NCBI RefSeq assembly: GCF_006345805.1
Contig: NC_043000.1
Span: 86,180,001-86,244,000 of the forward strand
DNA from: Octopus sinensis
Lineage: Eukaryota
Direction: 5' to 3'
DNA: 64,000 nt
The translations under genes and the position numbers were made by a program. The notes under the pieces are model-generated. The model did no database searches. It worked only from the letters and a program-made list of their open reading frames with translations, and had not been told where the DNA came from. This document shows, piece after piece, positions 13,751 through 27,466 of the stretch; position 1 is the first letter of the stretch; each line of letters starts with the position of its first letter.

Positions 13751-16700
13751 AATAAATATATGCATCTATATATATTCATGTCTGCACATGACACCAGTTG
13801 TCTCTCCCTCTCCTTGGGACCACTTACTTTTGACACCCATCCTTCATTCTTAACATCATCTCTTCCCTTTCTTATTTTCCATTAATCATCCTTTCTGTGT
13901 TACAAGTTATCCCTCCATCTTCCTTGAACTACACCCTGTTGACATTCAACCTCATTCTTAACAGCATTTCATAACAGTCATTGACCTACCCAGCCTTTAC
14001 CACTCACTACATTTACTCCTATGTATTTGTGACCTCCTTCATCACTATTTGTCTTTCTTTCTCTCTCTTCCCCCTCACCATTATTCACCATTCACTACAT
14101 TCATCCCAACCCCATCTCTGACCATCTCTTATCTGACTTCCTGCCACCCTTCTTGCAACATTTGCTTTCCCATTCTTCCAAGCCCTTTTCTATTCACCTT
14201 TTTATACTTTGTGGGTACACTCTTATACCTTGTCACCATCATTTTGATTTCTCTTTCCAGTTACCCATAGTCAACCTTATATAATGCAGAATAGCCATGT
14301 ATTTCTTCTATAGCAACAAACCTGTCACTGTCCCTTTCTCATACGTTAACCTCTCAAAAACCTAGCATAAAGTCATTTCCCTCACTACTATGCTGTCACT
14401 CAGTGAAAGGGCTCCTTAGTCTTCTGAACTCTCTAGTGCTGGTGCTATGAGAAAAAGCACCCTGTACAATCTCTAAAGTGGTTGACATTAGGAAGAGTAT
14501 CAAGCCATTAAAACCACACCAAAGCAAACAGTGGAGAGCAATGCAATCCTCAGATTCATCAGTTCTTGTTGAACAGTCCAACCTATGCCACATTGGAAAA
14601 TGGACATTAAATGATGATGATGATGATGATACACATAGTGAAGAAGTATCATAAGGAAAGAAAATGATGCCATGAGTGAAGTGGGGAGAGAAAGGTTGTA
14701 GAGACTAACTAGCAGGAAAAAATACATATATTCATAGAAGAGGTAAAGGAGATATGCCTGTGTTAATAAACTTGGAATTATATAGACCATATATATACTT
14801 GCAGGCACATATGGGTGTAAAACTATTAATATTCTATATTAAAAAAGGGGATTGGTGATGCAGAAAGAAAAGGTAGGGAAAAGGAGTTCATGGCCAGATC
14901 TCTGTAGTGTATTTGGTAATGAGATTGGTTGGTAAGCAATTGATTCACAGCTCAACCTGCCTCATTTTCTTTACTGTCTTGAGAGGAGCTTGCAATGTAT
15001 ATTATCAGTCTAATGGATTGTTTTGGCTAGAATCTCATCTCTTCATTCTTTAGAATATTTCCAAGTAAACGGTTAGCTTGTTTCAAAACAGTGCAGTATG
15101 AAATACTTTTGTTTTTACCTTCTAATATAATATAAAAATATTGAGAACATTTTAAAATGATTTTTATCTATTCATTATTTAAATGTACATTTTGACAGCT
15201 ACCTCCTCACTTTTACATTTTTGTTCATAGATAAATGTCATTTTAGTCATGGATGTTTGTAGTCTAATGGATAAAGACATAGTCTTGTTAGCATGATGAA
15301 TTAGTTATAGGAGAAGCAAAGATGACATATATATGAAGAATAGAGGCAAGCCTTCAGTCAAAATATTGTACAATAAAAAATGAATGCAGATGTAATTAGT
15401 CTAATATTTTCTTTCAAAAATATAAAAAAAAAATTCACATTGGAATTTTTTTTATAAATGTAATACTCTGATGCTTATCAACTGTTTACCAATGGCATAA
15501 ACATTATTGAATATAAACATTTGACAATTTAAACACATATATTCACACTTTGTTTCCCCAAATGAATGCTTTGAAAATGCTAAATTAACAATGATTATAA
15601 CTGGGAAATAAAAAAGAAAATGCCATAAACCAAATTTCACTTATAAATTGACAGGGAAAAGGAAAATAAAATTAAAAAAGAAAAGAAGAAAAAACAACTA
15701 TTCAGTCCAATACCTTCAGGGAAATATCTTAAATGCTATTTCAAAGATTTTGTAAGCTTTTTATATATTTCTCAAATAATTTCTATTGGAAGGTAATTTC
15801 TTTAAAATATCAAGCAAAGTCAATATGATAAAAAAAGAAAAATTCTTTTGAGATAATTTCTATCATAATAATATTGCAATATTATAGTTAAATATTGGTT
15901 TAGGAATCTAAAATAGAAACCTTATAAAAACATCAAATGAAAAAGATCATATAAAATAGAATAAAATAATTTTGAATTTAGTTTTATCTTTTGCAGCAAT
16001 TCATAGAAAAACAACTCATTTATTAAGTCTAAAATCTTCATTCCTGTTCTGGTTTTCAAATCTGTGAGAATAAGTATTAATAAAACAGCTAGATTTCAAA
16101 TATCAGATTTTCTAAATTAAATAACATCGAGTGACTATTCATATAAACTTTATGTCAAATGGTATCAATATTTCAGTGAAGCAAATTGATATATTACATT
16201 TTGTGCTGAAAAATGCCTAAGATGTTGCTCAGTAATAAAAAAAAAAACCTCTCTTCTGACCATAGGATGCTTTCAGCAGAGTTGACACTATTGGAAGCAT
16301 TTATCTCAGACAAAAAAAAATAAAGCAAAATAAAAAAAAAACCCAAATCATACTTTTAATGAATATCTTTCTGATTGTAACTTTTTTTCATTGGTAACAC
16401 CATTCCAGATATATTAGTGATTATCCAAGGATGCAAGAGGAAGAAGACAAAGCTTTCCATTCAAGACTTATAGTTTTATATTGTAAGTCTTTGAAATGTG
16501 AGATACAGCTGGTACTTAATTTTGTTCTAATCTGCACAAGCTCCTAACAAGTGACTCCCAAAGGATAAGATTATTAGAAAGGTATCTGTGGTCAGTGACT
16601 TCTTATAAAGTACATTGTGGTATGTATGTGAAGGTGCATGGCTTAAGGGTTAGGGTATTTAGCTCATGATTGTAAAGTCATGAGTTCGATACATTGTGTC

Positions 16701-17289
16701 CTTGAGCAAAATGCTTTATTTTACATTGCTCCAGTTCATTCAGCTGGCAAAAATGGGTTGTACCTGTAATTCAAAGATCCAGCCTTGTCACGTTGTGTGT
16801 CACACTGAATCTCCCTGAGAACTATATTAAGGTTATACATGTGTGCACATTGATTTTACAAGCAGGCTGTTCTATTGATTGGATCAACTGGAACTCTCAT
16901 TGCCAAACTGATGGAGTGCCAATATGAATGCATGTTGTTATCATCATTGTTAGAACTACTGCTGCCACTGTTGTGGACACTACTACCATTTAATGTCCAC
17001 TTTTTCTGCTGGCATAAGACTGATTGGTTATCATAACCTAAGTCAAGTCTTGTTTGAAGTTACTGCCCTCTTAGGTGGGTTGGATGTCAATGCCTTACTC
17101 AGACATTTCAATTTTGGCTTGGTTTCAACAACTGGATACCCTGGCTGTCACTAAACCCTTTACAGAATATACAGTGTACATTCTATCATGACACCAGCAG
17201 TAGAAAGGTTGGAATCTCCTTGATAAGATTCAAGGATTCTCTGGACTTTACATTGTCTTTATTAATTTGCTAAGCACTTTACAGAGTAT

Positions 17290-18160
17290 ATAGGTGCATT
17301 TCTTCATGACACTATCATGTAAAGTTGCAGTGTATCCTGTAGGAACAGGATATCTTCACTACTCTATGATACGTTTGTTCACACAAGGTAACATGTTCGA
17401 GCATTTGACATCAGATATTATTTTGATGCTTCAACATTATTCATACCATCATTCACATGCATCCAGTGGAACGTGCTTGTTGCATTTCTTTCCAGTCTTT
17501 GTAGGCCATCTATATTCACGGTTCATGCTGCAACATGTAGCATTGCTGTTCGTACACAAATATAATATAGCCTGCCTTCCACTCTGAGAGAGAAATCTTT
17601 TATTGTCAACAAAAGTAATGACTCCTTGAATTTTCTCTAATCTGTTTTTACTCTGGCATCTATATTTTCGAAACAGCCACCCCCACTGCTAATTAGGCCA
17701 TCAAGGCAAAAGAAGCTATCAACTACTTCCAAGGAACCTTCTGAGCACTTAAGAAAATCTATTTTCATTGTGCTCATAATGTTTATTACCCCTGTGCATC
17801 TACCACATTCAAAGTTTGCAGTTGCCTCACTAGGAAGAGTGTATTAGTGGTATCTCTTCCTGGCACATAATCAAACTGCATCTCATCTAGACTAACTCCC
17901 TTCCTAATCAATTGAGCTATATCTCTTTCTGTAATTTTCATAACAGATCCAGCGCTTTAATACTTCTGTAATTACTTCTGTCTAAAACATCAACTTTGCC
18001 CTTGTACAAGCAGGTAATGATGATGTTACTTCAATAGTTGAGTATGACATCTTACTGTGTAACCTGATTGACAATGTTGGTGCCTAACCTCTACCCAACT
18101 TTGTTAGATAAATAAAATACCTCAGGAGTAATTCCTGATGAACCAGGAATGTTCCTTATT
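17290..18160 (-). mobile_element. Old RTE copy (3' RT region)
   Basis: Decayed LSLRVEGRLY..CVRTAML and YFDN motifs, collinear with 23200-24500. Confidence 0.6.
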
Positions 18161-18350
18161 TGTCTTATCTATCATACATTCATACTATTGTGAACTTGAA
18201 TGGCTGGTCCCTTTGTTGGGTCAATGTTTGGAAGACCCTTTTCTTCTATATTCTTCAAATTAAACAGCTTCTCATGACAACATTTTCACACCGCTTTGTT
18301 TTCAAAGTCAGTAAGAACAAGTTTACTGAGAAAGAAGTGTGTGCACACGT

Positions 18351-18407
<57 letters not shown>

Positions 18408-19580
18408 CACACACACTTTTTCCTTAATATCTTCAAAAATATTTCCATGTAAGGAATCTACCTTCCTTGCCAAATATCTCTTACATTTGGGCATTAGCAT
18501 GGAAAACTTCAAGTGGGTCTGGTTGAAAACCAAATGTCCTTAACTCCTGAAATCAATGCTATTTTTTCCTGAAACTCCAAACTGATTCAGTTATCAGAAA
18601 GTTGAATGACAACCTCTCATTCCATGTTAAGGATATCAATTTAATTAAAATTCTTTTGAAGTTCTCACTCTTGATGACTTTAACACCCACACACAGCTTC
18701 TTGGTTTTCTCATTCTCTTGTAGTTCCTGCCAAAGCTGTTACTATTACCAATGACAGTTTTCAAGAACTATTTGATATTTTTTCCACTAAATATATTTTT
18801 GGCTAACATATTAAATACCCAAATATTCAAAATCTTATTCTTATCTCTAAACTCAGTTTCAAATCTTATTGTATCTTTATACAAAGGTTGGCTAAGTTCA
18901 TGCTTCTTACATTTCTTACACTTAGTAATCTAATAACATTGTCTAGCACAGGTCATGCAAACCGAATATTTGATAAACTTCTGCCAATTTCATACTGGCC
19001 TCTCAAAGCTACCATTAGGTTTTTGACTAAAGGTAACTACCTAATGAAACAATAGTTTTTCAGCATATCAAACTACAACCAATACTCTACCGAATTCCCA
19101 TATAAATAAAGTAAACTTCTGTAGTTGTAGTATTGTGTAGATAAATGCAACAGTCTATAAAGTTAAGTCATGTAATACAGATTTCACAAATTATTTTAAT
19201 TCATTAACATCAAAGTATGTAAGTTAAATAAAAAAGAACAAGCAAAAGAATAACAAACAGGCAGCAAGCTGGCAGAATCATTAGCATGCTGGGCAAAATG
19301 CTTAGTGGTATTTCGTCTGTCTTTACGTTCTGAGTTCAAATTCCACCGAGGTTGACTTTGCCTTTCATCTTTTTGGGGTTGATAAATTAAGTACCAGTTG
19401 CATACTGAGATTGATCTAATCGACTGGCCCCTTCAGGCACAGGGAGTGGCTTACCAACCACATGGTTCCAGGTTTAGTCCCACTGCATGGCACCTTGGGC
19501 AAGTATCTTCTTCTACAGCCTTGGGCCAACCAAAGCCTTGTGAGTGGATTTAGCAGATGGAAACTGAAAGAAGCCCACTG

Positions 19581-19641
<61 letters not shown>

Positions 19642-20469
19642 TTGTGTGCCTATGTTTGTCCCCCACTATCGCTTGACAACTGATGCGGTTTGGCAAAAGA
19701 CGATAGAATAAGTACTAGGCTTACAAAGAATAAACCCTGGGGTCAATTTGCTCAACTAAATGCGATGCTCCAGCATGGCCACAGTCAAATGACTGAAACA
19801 AATAAAAGAATAAAGGAATAAACAAACAAATACACACTACGATGTCTTTGTTTATGAACAGTATACAGCAGACGCTATCAAACTTCAGTGGCTAGATCTA
19901 ATTATTTCCATTAGTCATTTAGTCTTTCATGGAGATCACACATCTTTTGTAAGGTGAAGATCACAATGAACAGGCTGATTTTTCTCATCAGTGTCAAAAA
20001 ATATTTTGGTTCTAACTATGGACTGGAAACATGCTGTACGCTAAACTAATACTCACACATCTAGAGTAACAAAACATTACCATATTCACAAAACTTCACC
20101 ATATTCATACACAAACAATCCAAACCACATCAAAGAAATAGTCATCCACCAAATCAGAAAGACTACACTGTTTGGCATTGACTAACATAGTTTGAAAGTT
20201 TATTTTGTAACCATGTGATTTCAGGTTCAGCCCCACTGTGTGGAAAATTGAACCAGTGTTGCCTTCTAAGGCTTCAAGCTGAGCAATGGTTTGTGAGTGA
20301 ATTTGCAATATGGAGACTGTGTAGAAACCTGCACCAGCATGACTGTAGTCTAATGCATGAAACTGATAAAGGTGTAAAAAATTTCAGTGCTGGTCATAAT
20401 GTGTTTCCTAGCATTGTTGTAACTTTTGAATAATGCCACCCAACTGGCTAGGCAGGCAGGTCATTACAT

Positions 20470-21150
20470 ACATACATGATGGCTGCCCCCTCGTTATTGA
20501 GTATGGCCATTGCACGAAGCTTAACTGTTGTTGGTGCTGTGATTGAATGTGACTTTTATTTGCTTTTTAAGGCTACAGCCAGCCATTCACTTGAGACTCA
20601 CAGCATTATCAACAATCATAAACAATGTTGTTATCGTGCAATGCCTGTGCAAGAAGACTTTTTTTAAAGTGAGGAAAGGCTGTGCACTGAGTCAATCCCA
20701 CTCACTAAGCAGCCATAATCTGAAAAGAAGAACAAGTCAACATCATTCGTAACCACTGAGCCGCAGGTTTTATGTCGGAGTTATCCCAGTTACCTGAGTT
20801 GCCTTCTCCTAGAAGGATGCCCTAACAAAGGCTAGGAGTCCTTCACTCCCAATGGCTTAACCATGCGATCGGGTATTCAGTCCGATTATTTCTATGTCCC
20901 CGCGCATGAGACAACTTTAAGCCTTAAGAAGAAGAAAAACAAAACACATTTATTGGATGGCTGTTGACTCTCAAGAGTTCCTTCACCCTTTGACGGGTTT
21001 TGTTTTTCATCCCGCAGAGTGTCCAATAAACACCCTCCTCACCAAGCAAGCTTGGTGGGGTTGCCAGTTTAGTCGCCGACGGCCCGACCATGCAACAGGT
21101 TGTACTGGGTTACATGTTACTAGTAGCACTCGAAAGTGACCTGACATAAA
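20470..21150 (-). mobile_element. Short bipartite non-autonomous RTE (5'UTR-like head plus RTE-like 3' end)
   Basis: CpG-richer head with gactcctagcc...ttctaggagaaggcaactc, a motif typical of RTE 5'UTRs. It ends gagggggcagccatcatg. No ORF. Confidence 0.5.
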
Positions 21151-21161
21151 CATACATGCAT

Positions 21162-21198
<37 letters not shown>

Positions 21199-22056
21199 TA
21201 CACACACACATACATACACACATACATACATACACACACACACATACACACACACACATACATACATACATACATACATACATACTTTTATTACAATTAT
21301 TGTATGCAGTTTTATACCTTTGCAATAAGTTATTTTTCATAAGCAATCTATAGTAAAACCACATCCCCTTAGCCATATCACTCTAACCTATCATACTCAC
21401 TAATCCATCCATTCATTCACATTTTACTTATATGATTCTTAATTTAATCTAATTTAATTTAATTTAATCTGATTCAGTCAAATCTCAAAATTAATTTTTA
21501 TTCTCCTACCTGCCTGTAGTTAACCATGGCTTATTTGTTTTTATGTTTTTATGCATTTATATATTTTTATCTAGTTTGTTTTTATGTTATCTGTTAACCA
21601 CTAACCAACCATAACAGCATCATGGCCTTTCAAAAAAATAGCTGACCAATTAGGTTACGGGACTGACCATAACCCAGAGGGATTCAGCAACTTGTTAACC
21701 AAAAAATAACAAAAACTAATGCAGTTTCTTGGTCACTACTTGGAGCTATACTTAATTTAGTACCAACTGCTATCATAACTATTAATATAAACTTTCACTC
21801 CACGTAATGGGGACCATAATCTCAAGCCCTCAACTGTAAACATACTGTATGTTTATATGTATATATATATTTATATGCAAGGAAAATACGAACCACTGCA
21901 GGAATCCACCTTTCCTAATGCATGAAATAAGTGTGTCTATCCATGTGTGTGTGTGTCTGTGTGTGTCTGTGTGAGTGTGTGAGTGTGTGTGTGTGTGTGT
22001 GTGTGGTGTGTGTGTGTGTGTGTGTTGTGTGTGTGTGTGTGTATATATATATAATA

Positions 22057-22088
<32 letters not shown>

Positions 22089-22270
22089 TTCTCTTTTCTT
22101 ATACCTTTTCATTTCTACAAAACTGTACTCCTCTCAAGCTCTAATGCTTACTTTGATTCTGCTCTTATTTATCTTCTTATGCATTCTCTAATAAGAATAT
22201 TGTACTATACCTACTAATAACTGAGTCTGTTGTATGTGTGTACATGCATATACATATATGTGTGTGTGTG

Positions 22271-22344
<74 letters not shown>

Positions 22345-22634
22345 TGTATATATGTATATTTATATATACATAAATTAGCCCTCTGAACTTCTTAGACCCT
22401 CTTCTAAACTCTCTGACGAAGCCTAGAGGCACACCCAAGTCTGTGTTTGTCCCATCATCGCTTGACAACTGATACTGGTGTGTTTATGTCTCCCTTAACT
22501 TAGCAGATCAGCAAAAGAGTAAGTCCTGGGATCGATTTCTTTGACTAACACCCTTTAACACAGTGCTCCAGCATGGGTACAGTCAAATGACTGAAACAAA
22601 TAAAAGAATATATATATATACATACATACGTACA

Positions 22635-22690
<56 letters not shown>

Positions 22691-22693
<3 letters not shown>

Positions 22694-25615
22694 TCATCAT
22701 CATTTAGCGTCCACTTTCCATGCTAGCATGGGTTGGACGGTTCAGCTGGGGTCTGGGAAGCCACAAGGCTACACCAGGCCCAGTCTGATCTGGCAATGTT
22801 TCTACGGCTGGATGCCCTTCCTAATGCCAACCACTCCGTGAGTGTAGTGGGTGCTTTTTATGTGCCACCGGCACAGGTGCCAGACGGGGCTGGCAAACGG
22901 CCATGATTGGATGGTGCTTTTTACGTGCCACCGGCACGGGGGCCATGCGAGGCTGGCAACGGCCACGTTCGGATGGTTCACTTACGTGCTACCGGCGCTG
23001 GCAACGGCCACGTTCGGATGGTTCACTTACGTGCTACCGGCACTGGTATCACAGCTGCAATTTCCATTGATGTTGATCGATTTTGATTTCCACTTGCCTC
23101 AAAAGGTCTTCACGAGTTTTGTGTCCCAAAAAGGAAAGGTATGCATAAGTGGACTGGCTACATCCCAGGTAGAGGCCATGGGTTATGGTCTCACTTGTCC
23201 TGCAGGGTCTTCTCACGCACAGCATACTTCCATAGATCTTGGTCTCTAGTCATTTCCTTGGTGAGACCTAAAGTTCGGCAGTCGTGCTTCACCACCTCGT
23301 CCCAGGTTTTCCTGGGTCTACCTCTTCCACAGGTTCCCTCAACCGCTAGGGTGTGGCACTTTTTCACACAACTATCTTCAGCCATTCTCGTCACATGACC
23401 ATACCAGCGCAAACGTCTCTCTTGCACACCACAACTGATGCTTCTTAGGTCCAACTTTTCTCTCAAGGCACTTACACTCTTTCGAGTATGAACACTGGCA
23501 TTACACATCCATCAGAGCATACTGGCTTCATTTCTTGCGAGCTTACGCATATCCACAGCAGTCACAGCCCATGTTTCACTATCATGTAGCATGGCTGTTC
23601 ATACACATGCATCATACAGTCTGCCTTTTACTCTGAGCGAGAAGCCTTTTATCACCGGCAGGGGTAAGAGCTCTCTGAACTTTGCCCAGGCTATTCTTAC
23701 TCTAGCAGCTACACTTTCAGCACACCCACCCCCGCTACTGACTTGGTCACCTAGGTAATGGAAGCTATCAACTATTTCTAGTTTTTCTCCCTGGAATGTG
23801 GTGGAAGTTGGTTTCTGCACATTTTCAGTGTTTATTGCTCCTGAGCATCTGCCACATACAAAAACTATTTTCCTAGTTAGCCTTCCTTTGACAGTGCTCT
23901 TATGTGTCCATAGCTTAAACTTGGTGCACCTTATAGAGTTTCTACCTATGCCTTTTCTACATATCGAGCAGGGCCATCTACCTGAAGGCGTTTGTGATTT
24001 GTCTACCATCCTACTTATTAGGAATTTGGTTTTAGCTAGGTTGACTCTAAGGCCCTTCGATTCTAATCCTTGCTTCCACACCTGAAACTTCTCCAGTTCT
24101 GATAGTGACTCAGCAATTAGAGCAAGGTCATCAGCATAGAGGAGCTCCCAGGGGCATCCTGTCTTGAATTTCTCCATTATTGCCTGGAGGACTATGATAA
24201 ATAGGAGGGGACTGAGGACTGAACCTTGGTGGACCCCTACCTCTACCCGGAATTCTTTACTGTACTCGTTGCCAACCCTCACCTTACTAGCAGTGTCCCT
24301 GTACATGGCTCGCACAGCTCTCACTAACCGTTCATCTATCCCTAGTTTCCTCATTGACCACCAGATAATGGATCGGGGGACCCTGTCGAAGGCTTTCTTC
24401 ATGTCAACAAAAGCCAGGTACAGGGGCTTATCTTTGGCTAGGTATTTCTCCTGCAGCTGTCTTACCAGGAATATAGCATCAGTATATTTTCCCTGGCACG
24501 AACCCAAACTGCATCTCATCTAAACTGACTCTCTCTCTAATTAGTTGGGCTATGACCCTCTCCGTAACCTTCATCACCTGATCCAGCAGCTTGATGCCCC
24601 TGTAGTTATTTGTATCTAGGGCATCACCTTTACCTTTGTAGCAGTTGACTATGGTACTGCTACACCAGTCATTGGGAATGACTCCTTTGTGTATCACCTG
24701 GTTAACTATACGGGTGACTAGGCTATAGCCAACACTACCAGATATTTTGAGCATCACTGCAGTAATTCCTGATGGGCCTGGGGCTTTCCCTGTCTTCATG
24801 CTTCTAGTTGCCTTAACTACCAAGGAACTGTCAACTCGGATAGCTGGTCCCTCTGTTGGGTCGACATTCGGCAGACTCTCTTTATCCCATTCATATTCTT
24901 TATTCAGCAACCTTTCATAGTGGCGTCTCCAAACCTCTCTCTTTGCATCCTCATTTAGCGCAAGTGAACCATCATCCATGCGAACACATTTCTCTCCTAC
25001 CACATCACGATTCTCTCTCACACACTGTCTTGCAACACGAAATACCTCAAGTCTTTCATCCTCACAGCGCAGAACATTGGCAAATTTTTTCTTATCTGCT
25101 TCCCCTCTAGCTAAATACACTTGCCTCCCTGCTTCCCTTCTGGCAGTCTGATACACTTCCCTGCTACCACCTTTCTTCCAGTCCTTCCAAGCCTGTTTCT
25201 TTTGTCTAATAGCCCTGTCAATAACATTGTTCCACCACCACGTTATTTTGGGTCTAGAAGGGACTTTGCAGCAACCACAGATCTGTTCAGTGGCTCTCAG
25301 CAGGTTGTCCCTTAGAAACCTCCAGTTGTCTTCTACCCCATGTGAAGCTATACCCACTTCTATTTCGTCAAAGGCTTCAAGTAATATATCTCTAAATCTC
25401 TGTCCATTCGCAGGATCTTTAAGCTTCCAGATCCTTCTTCTCCATGTTGGTCGTCTTCTGGTCGTCCTCTTAGTCCTGATCCTAAAGTCACTAACTACCA
25501 GTCTATGTTGTGGGGTACATTCTTCGCCAGGAAAGGTTTTGGCATTTATAAGCAGCCATCTTTCCCTTTTTCTGGCTAGGATGTAGTCGATCTGGCTAGT
25601 ATGTCGGCCTGATTG
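22691..25615 (-). mobile_element. 5'-truncated RTE-clade LINE (end of APE endonuclease, RT with YADD, PHD-like insert, 3'UTR ending in (GAT)n); frameshifted
   Basis: ORF pieces 24479-25684, 23599-24519 and 23191-23508 give SQIDYIL, HRLVVSDF, NYRGIKLL, QFGFVPG, FVDMKKAFDRVPR, GVHQGSVLSPLLF, YADD and RRLRWYGHV...GRGRPRKTW. The tail catcatcat is at 22691. Confidence 0.93.
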
Positions 25616-26289
25616 GTATATTATGGGCATGTACTTGCATAGCAAGTGACCTGATCTGAGATCGTGTGCTGGAACAAAAAACAATTGCAGCGTGGAAAGT
25701 GTTTATAAGTGCCAAAAATATTTTGACAAATTAAATTTAAATGTTGAAGTGAATCTAATGGTTTTTGTGTGTTTCTTAAATGGCTTATAAACACCTTCCA
25801 CGCTGCAATTGTTTATATATATATAGATATATATATAGCATTTGTATTGACATGTGATACTCTCCTTCCTATACAATTTTGCAAACCAATTCCACAACTC
25901 ACCATGTGCATTGTGGTGCAATCACCTAGGCACCTCATCACTAATAACTATCTCTTGCAGCTCCTACTGGTCATTTTTTCTTTCTCTCCTCCTCCCCTTC
26001 TATATGTGAGTAGTCCTGCCCCTCACTGCTCCTCAATTTGTTTGTAGTTCTGCAAGTTGCCTGGCAACTCTAGAGCTGGTGGCATGAAAAGAGCACCTAG
26101 TCCATACTGTAAAGTGGTTGGCATTATGCCAAACAGAAATTTGAGCACAATGCAATCTCTTGACATATCAGATCCTGTCAAACTGTTCAAGACATGACAG
26201 CATGGAACATGGATTTAAATGAAAATGATGGTCTTGCAGCTGTTGCTGCTTACACACACACACACATTTTTGTATATATATATATATAT

Positions 26290-26579
26290 CACGTGATCAC
26301 ATGACCGACCAGTCCATCAGATGTAGTTACACATCGCTGGTCACAATGCGTTCGCATTGTTTTAACCTTCGAATGACGCCACTCCGCTGGCTAAGCGAGC
26401 AGGCCAACAGAAGAAAGATTGGTGAAAGAGTACAGCAGGGATCACCACCCCCTGCTGGAGCCTCGTGGTGCTTTTAGGTGTTCTCGCTCAATAAACACTC
26501 ACAACGCCCGGTCTGGGAATCGAAACCGCGATCCTACGACCGCGAGTCCTCTGCCCTAACCACTAGGCCATTGCGCCTC

Positions 26580-26582
<3 letters not shown>
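26290..26582 (-). mobile_element. tRNA(Arg)-like SINE, family C
   Basis: Head ggaggcgcaatggcctagtggttagggcagaggactcgcggtcgtaggatcgcggtttcgattccc has clear A and B boxes, followed by a non-tRNA body. Confidence 0.8.
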
Positions 26583-26657
<75 letters not shown>

Positions 26658-26661
26658 ATAT

Positions 26662-26710
<49 letters not shown>

Positions 26711-26738
26711 GTATGTATATATTATATATATATATTAT

Positions 26739-26787
<49 letters not shown>

Positions 26788-26794
26788 GTATATA

Positions 26795-26980
26795 TATATA
26801 TATATGTATGTATCAGTCTTCGCTACATTTGCGGCACCTGCCAGAGGGAGTGTTTGTCCAGGATAGGACTACACAACCACAGCAAGAAATGTATTAGAAC
26901 ATGAAATGTAAAAGCCGGACTAGACTATTTTATGTGCAACTCCATTGTCTCCCGAGACAAAAAGGATGCCAACCAACCAT
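26795..26980 (+). mobile_element. RTE-BovB-like extreme 3' end (C2H2 finger plus short UTR)
   Basis: Reads [23 protein letters not shown] and ends gagacaaaaaggatgccaaccaacc. Confidence 0.7.
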
Positions 26981-27132
26981 ATATATATACACACATACAC
27001 AGATACACACACACAAATGTTGATTCGTATTGCACAAGTGAGAGTACTCAATAAATGCTATAGAGTATATGGTTTATTAAAACTGAATATTTATTACTTG
27101 ACTAGAGTTTCATGTTCCTGATATAATCAAGT

Positions 27133-27179
27133 TCTTGCCTGAAGATTATTCTAACATGCATGAAACTTGAGTTGCAAGA
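27133..27179 (+). ncRNA. Minimal type-I hammerhead ribozyme motif with decayed helix II
   Basis: UCUUGC CUGAAGA (16 nt) GAAA CUUGAG UU|GCAAGA. Helix I has 6 bp and CUUGAG is one change from the palindrome CUCGAG. Helix II does not pair well. Confidence 0.55.
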
Positions 27180-27216
27180 TAAAAATTACGATTCAATAAT
27201 ATATATGTGAATATAG

Positions 27217-27292
<76 letters not shown>

Positions 27293-27426
27293 TTATATAT
27301 ATATATATATACACATACATATATATATACAGATACATATGTATATATATATATTATATATATATATATACATACACATACACATGTATATGTGTGTGTA
27401 TATATATATATATATACGCATATATT

Positions 27427-27466
<40 letters not shown>

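Noticed and set aside
23798-25586. Plus-strand ORFs of 64-119 aa
   Set aside because: Antisense shadows of the minus-strand RTE ORF2.
26500-26582. tRNA-like sequence
   Set aside because: It continues into a SINE body and lacks a clean acceptor stem and terminator, so it is a SINE head rather than a tRNA gene. The same applies to 35893-35965.
26582-26795. Phase-shifted TA arrays with isolated TT or AA interruptions
   Set aside because: Typical of microsatellite slippage or long-read consensus error, not an encoded pattern.
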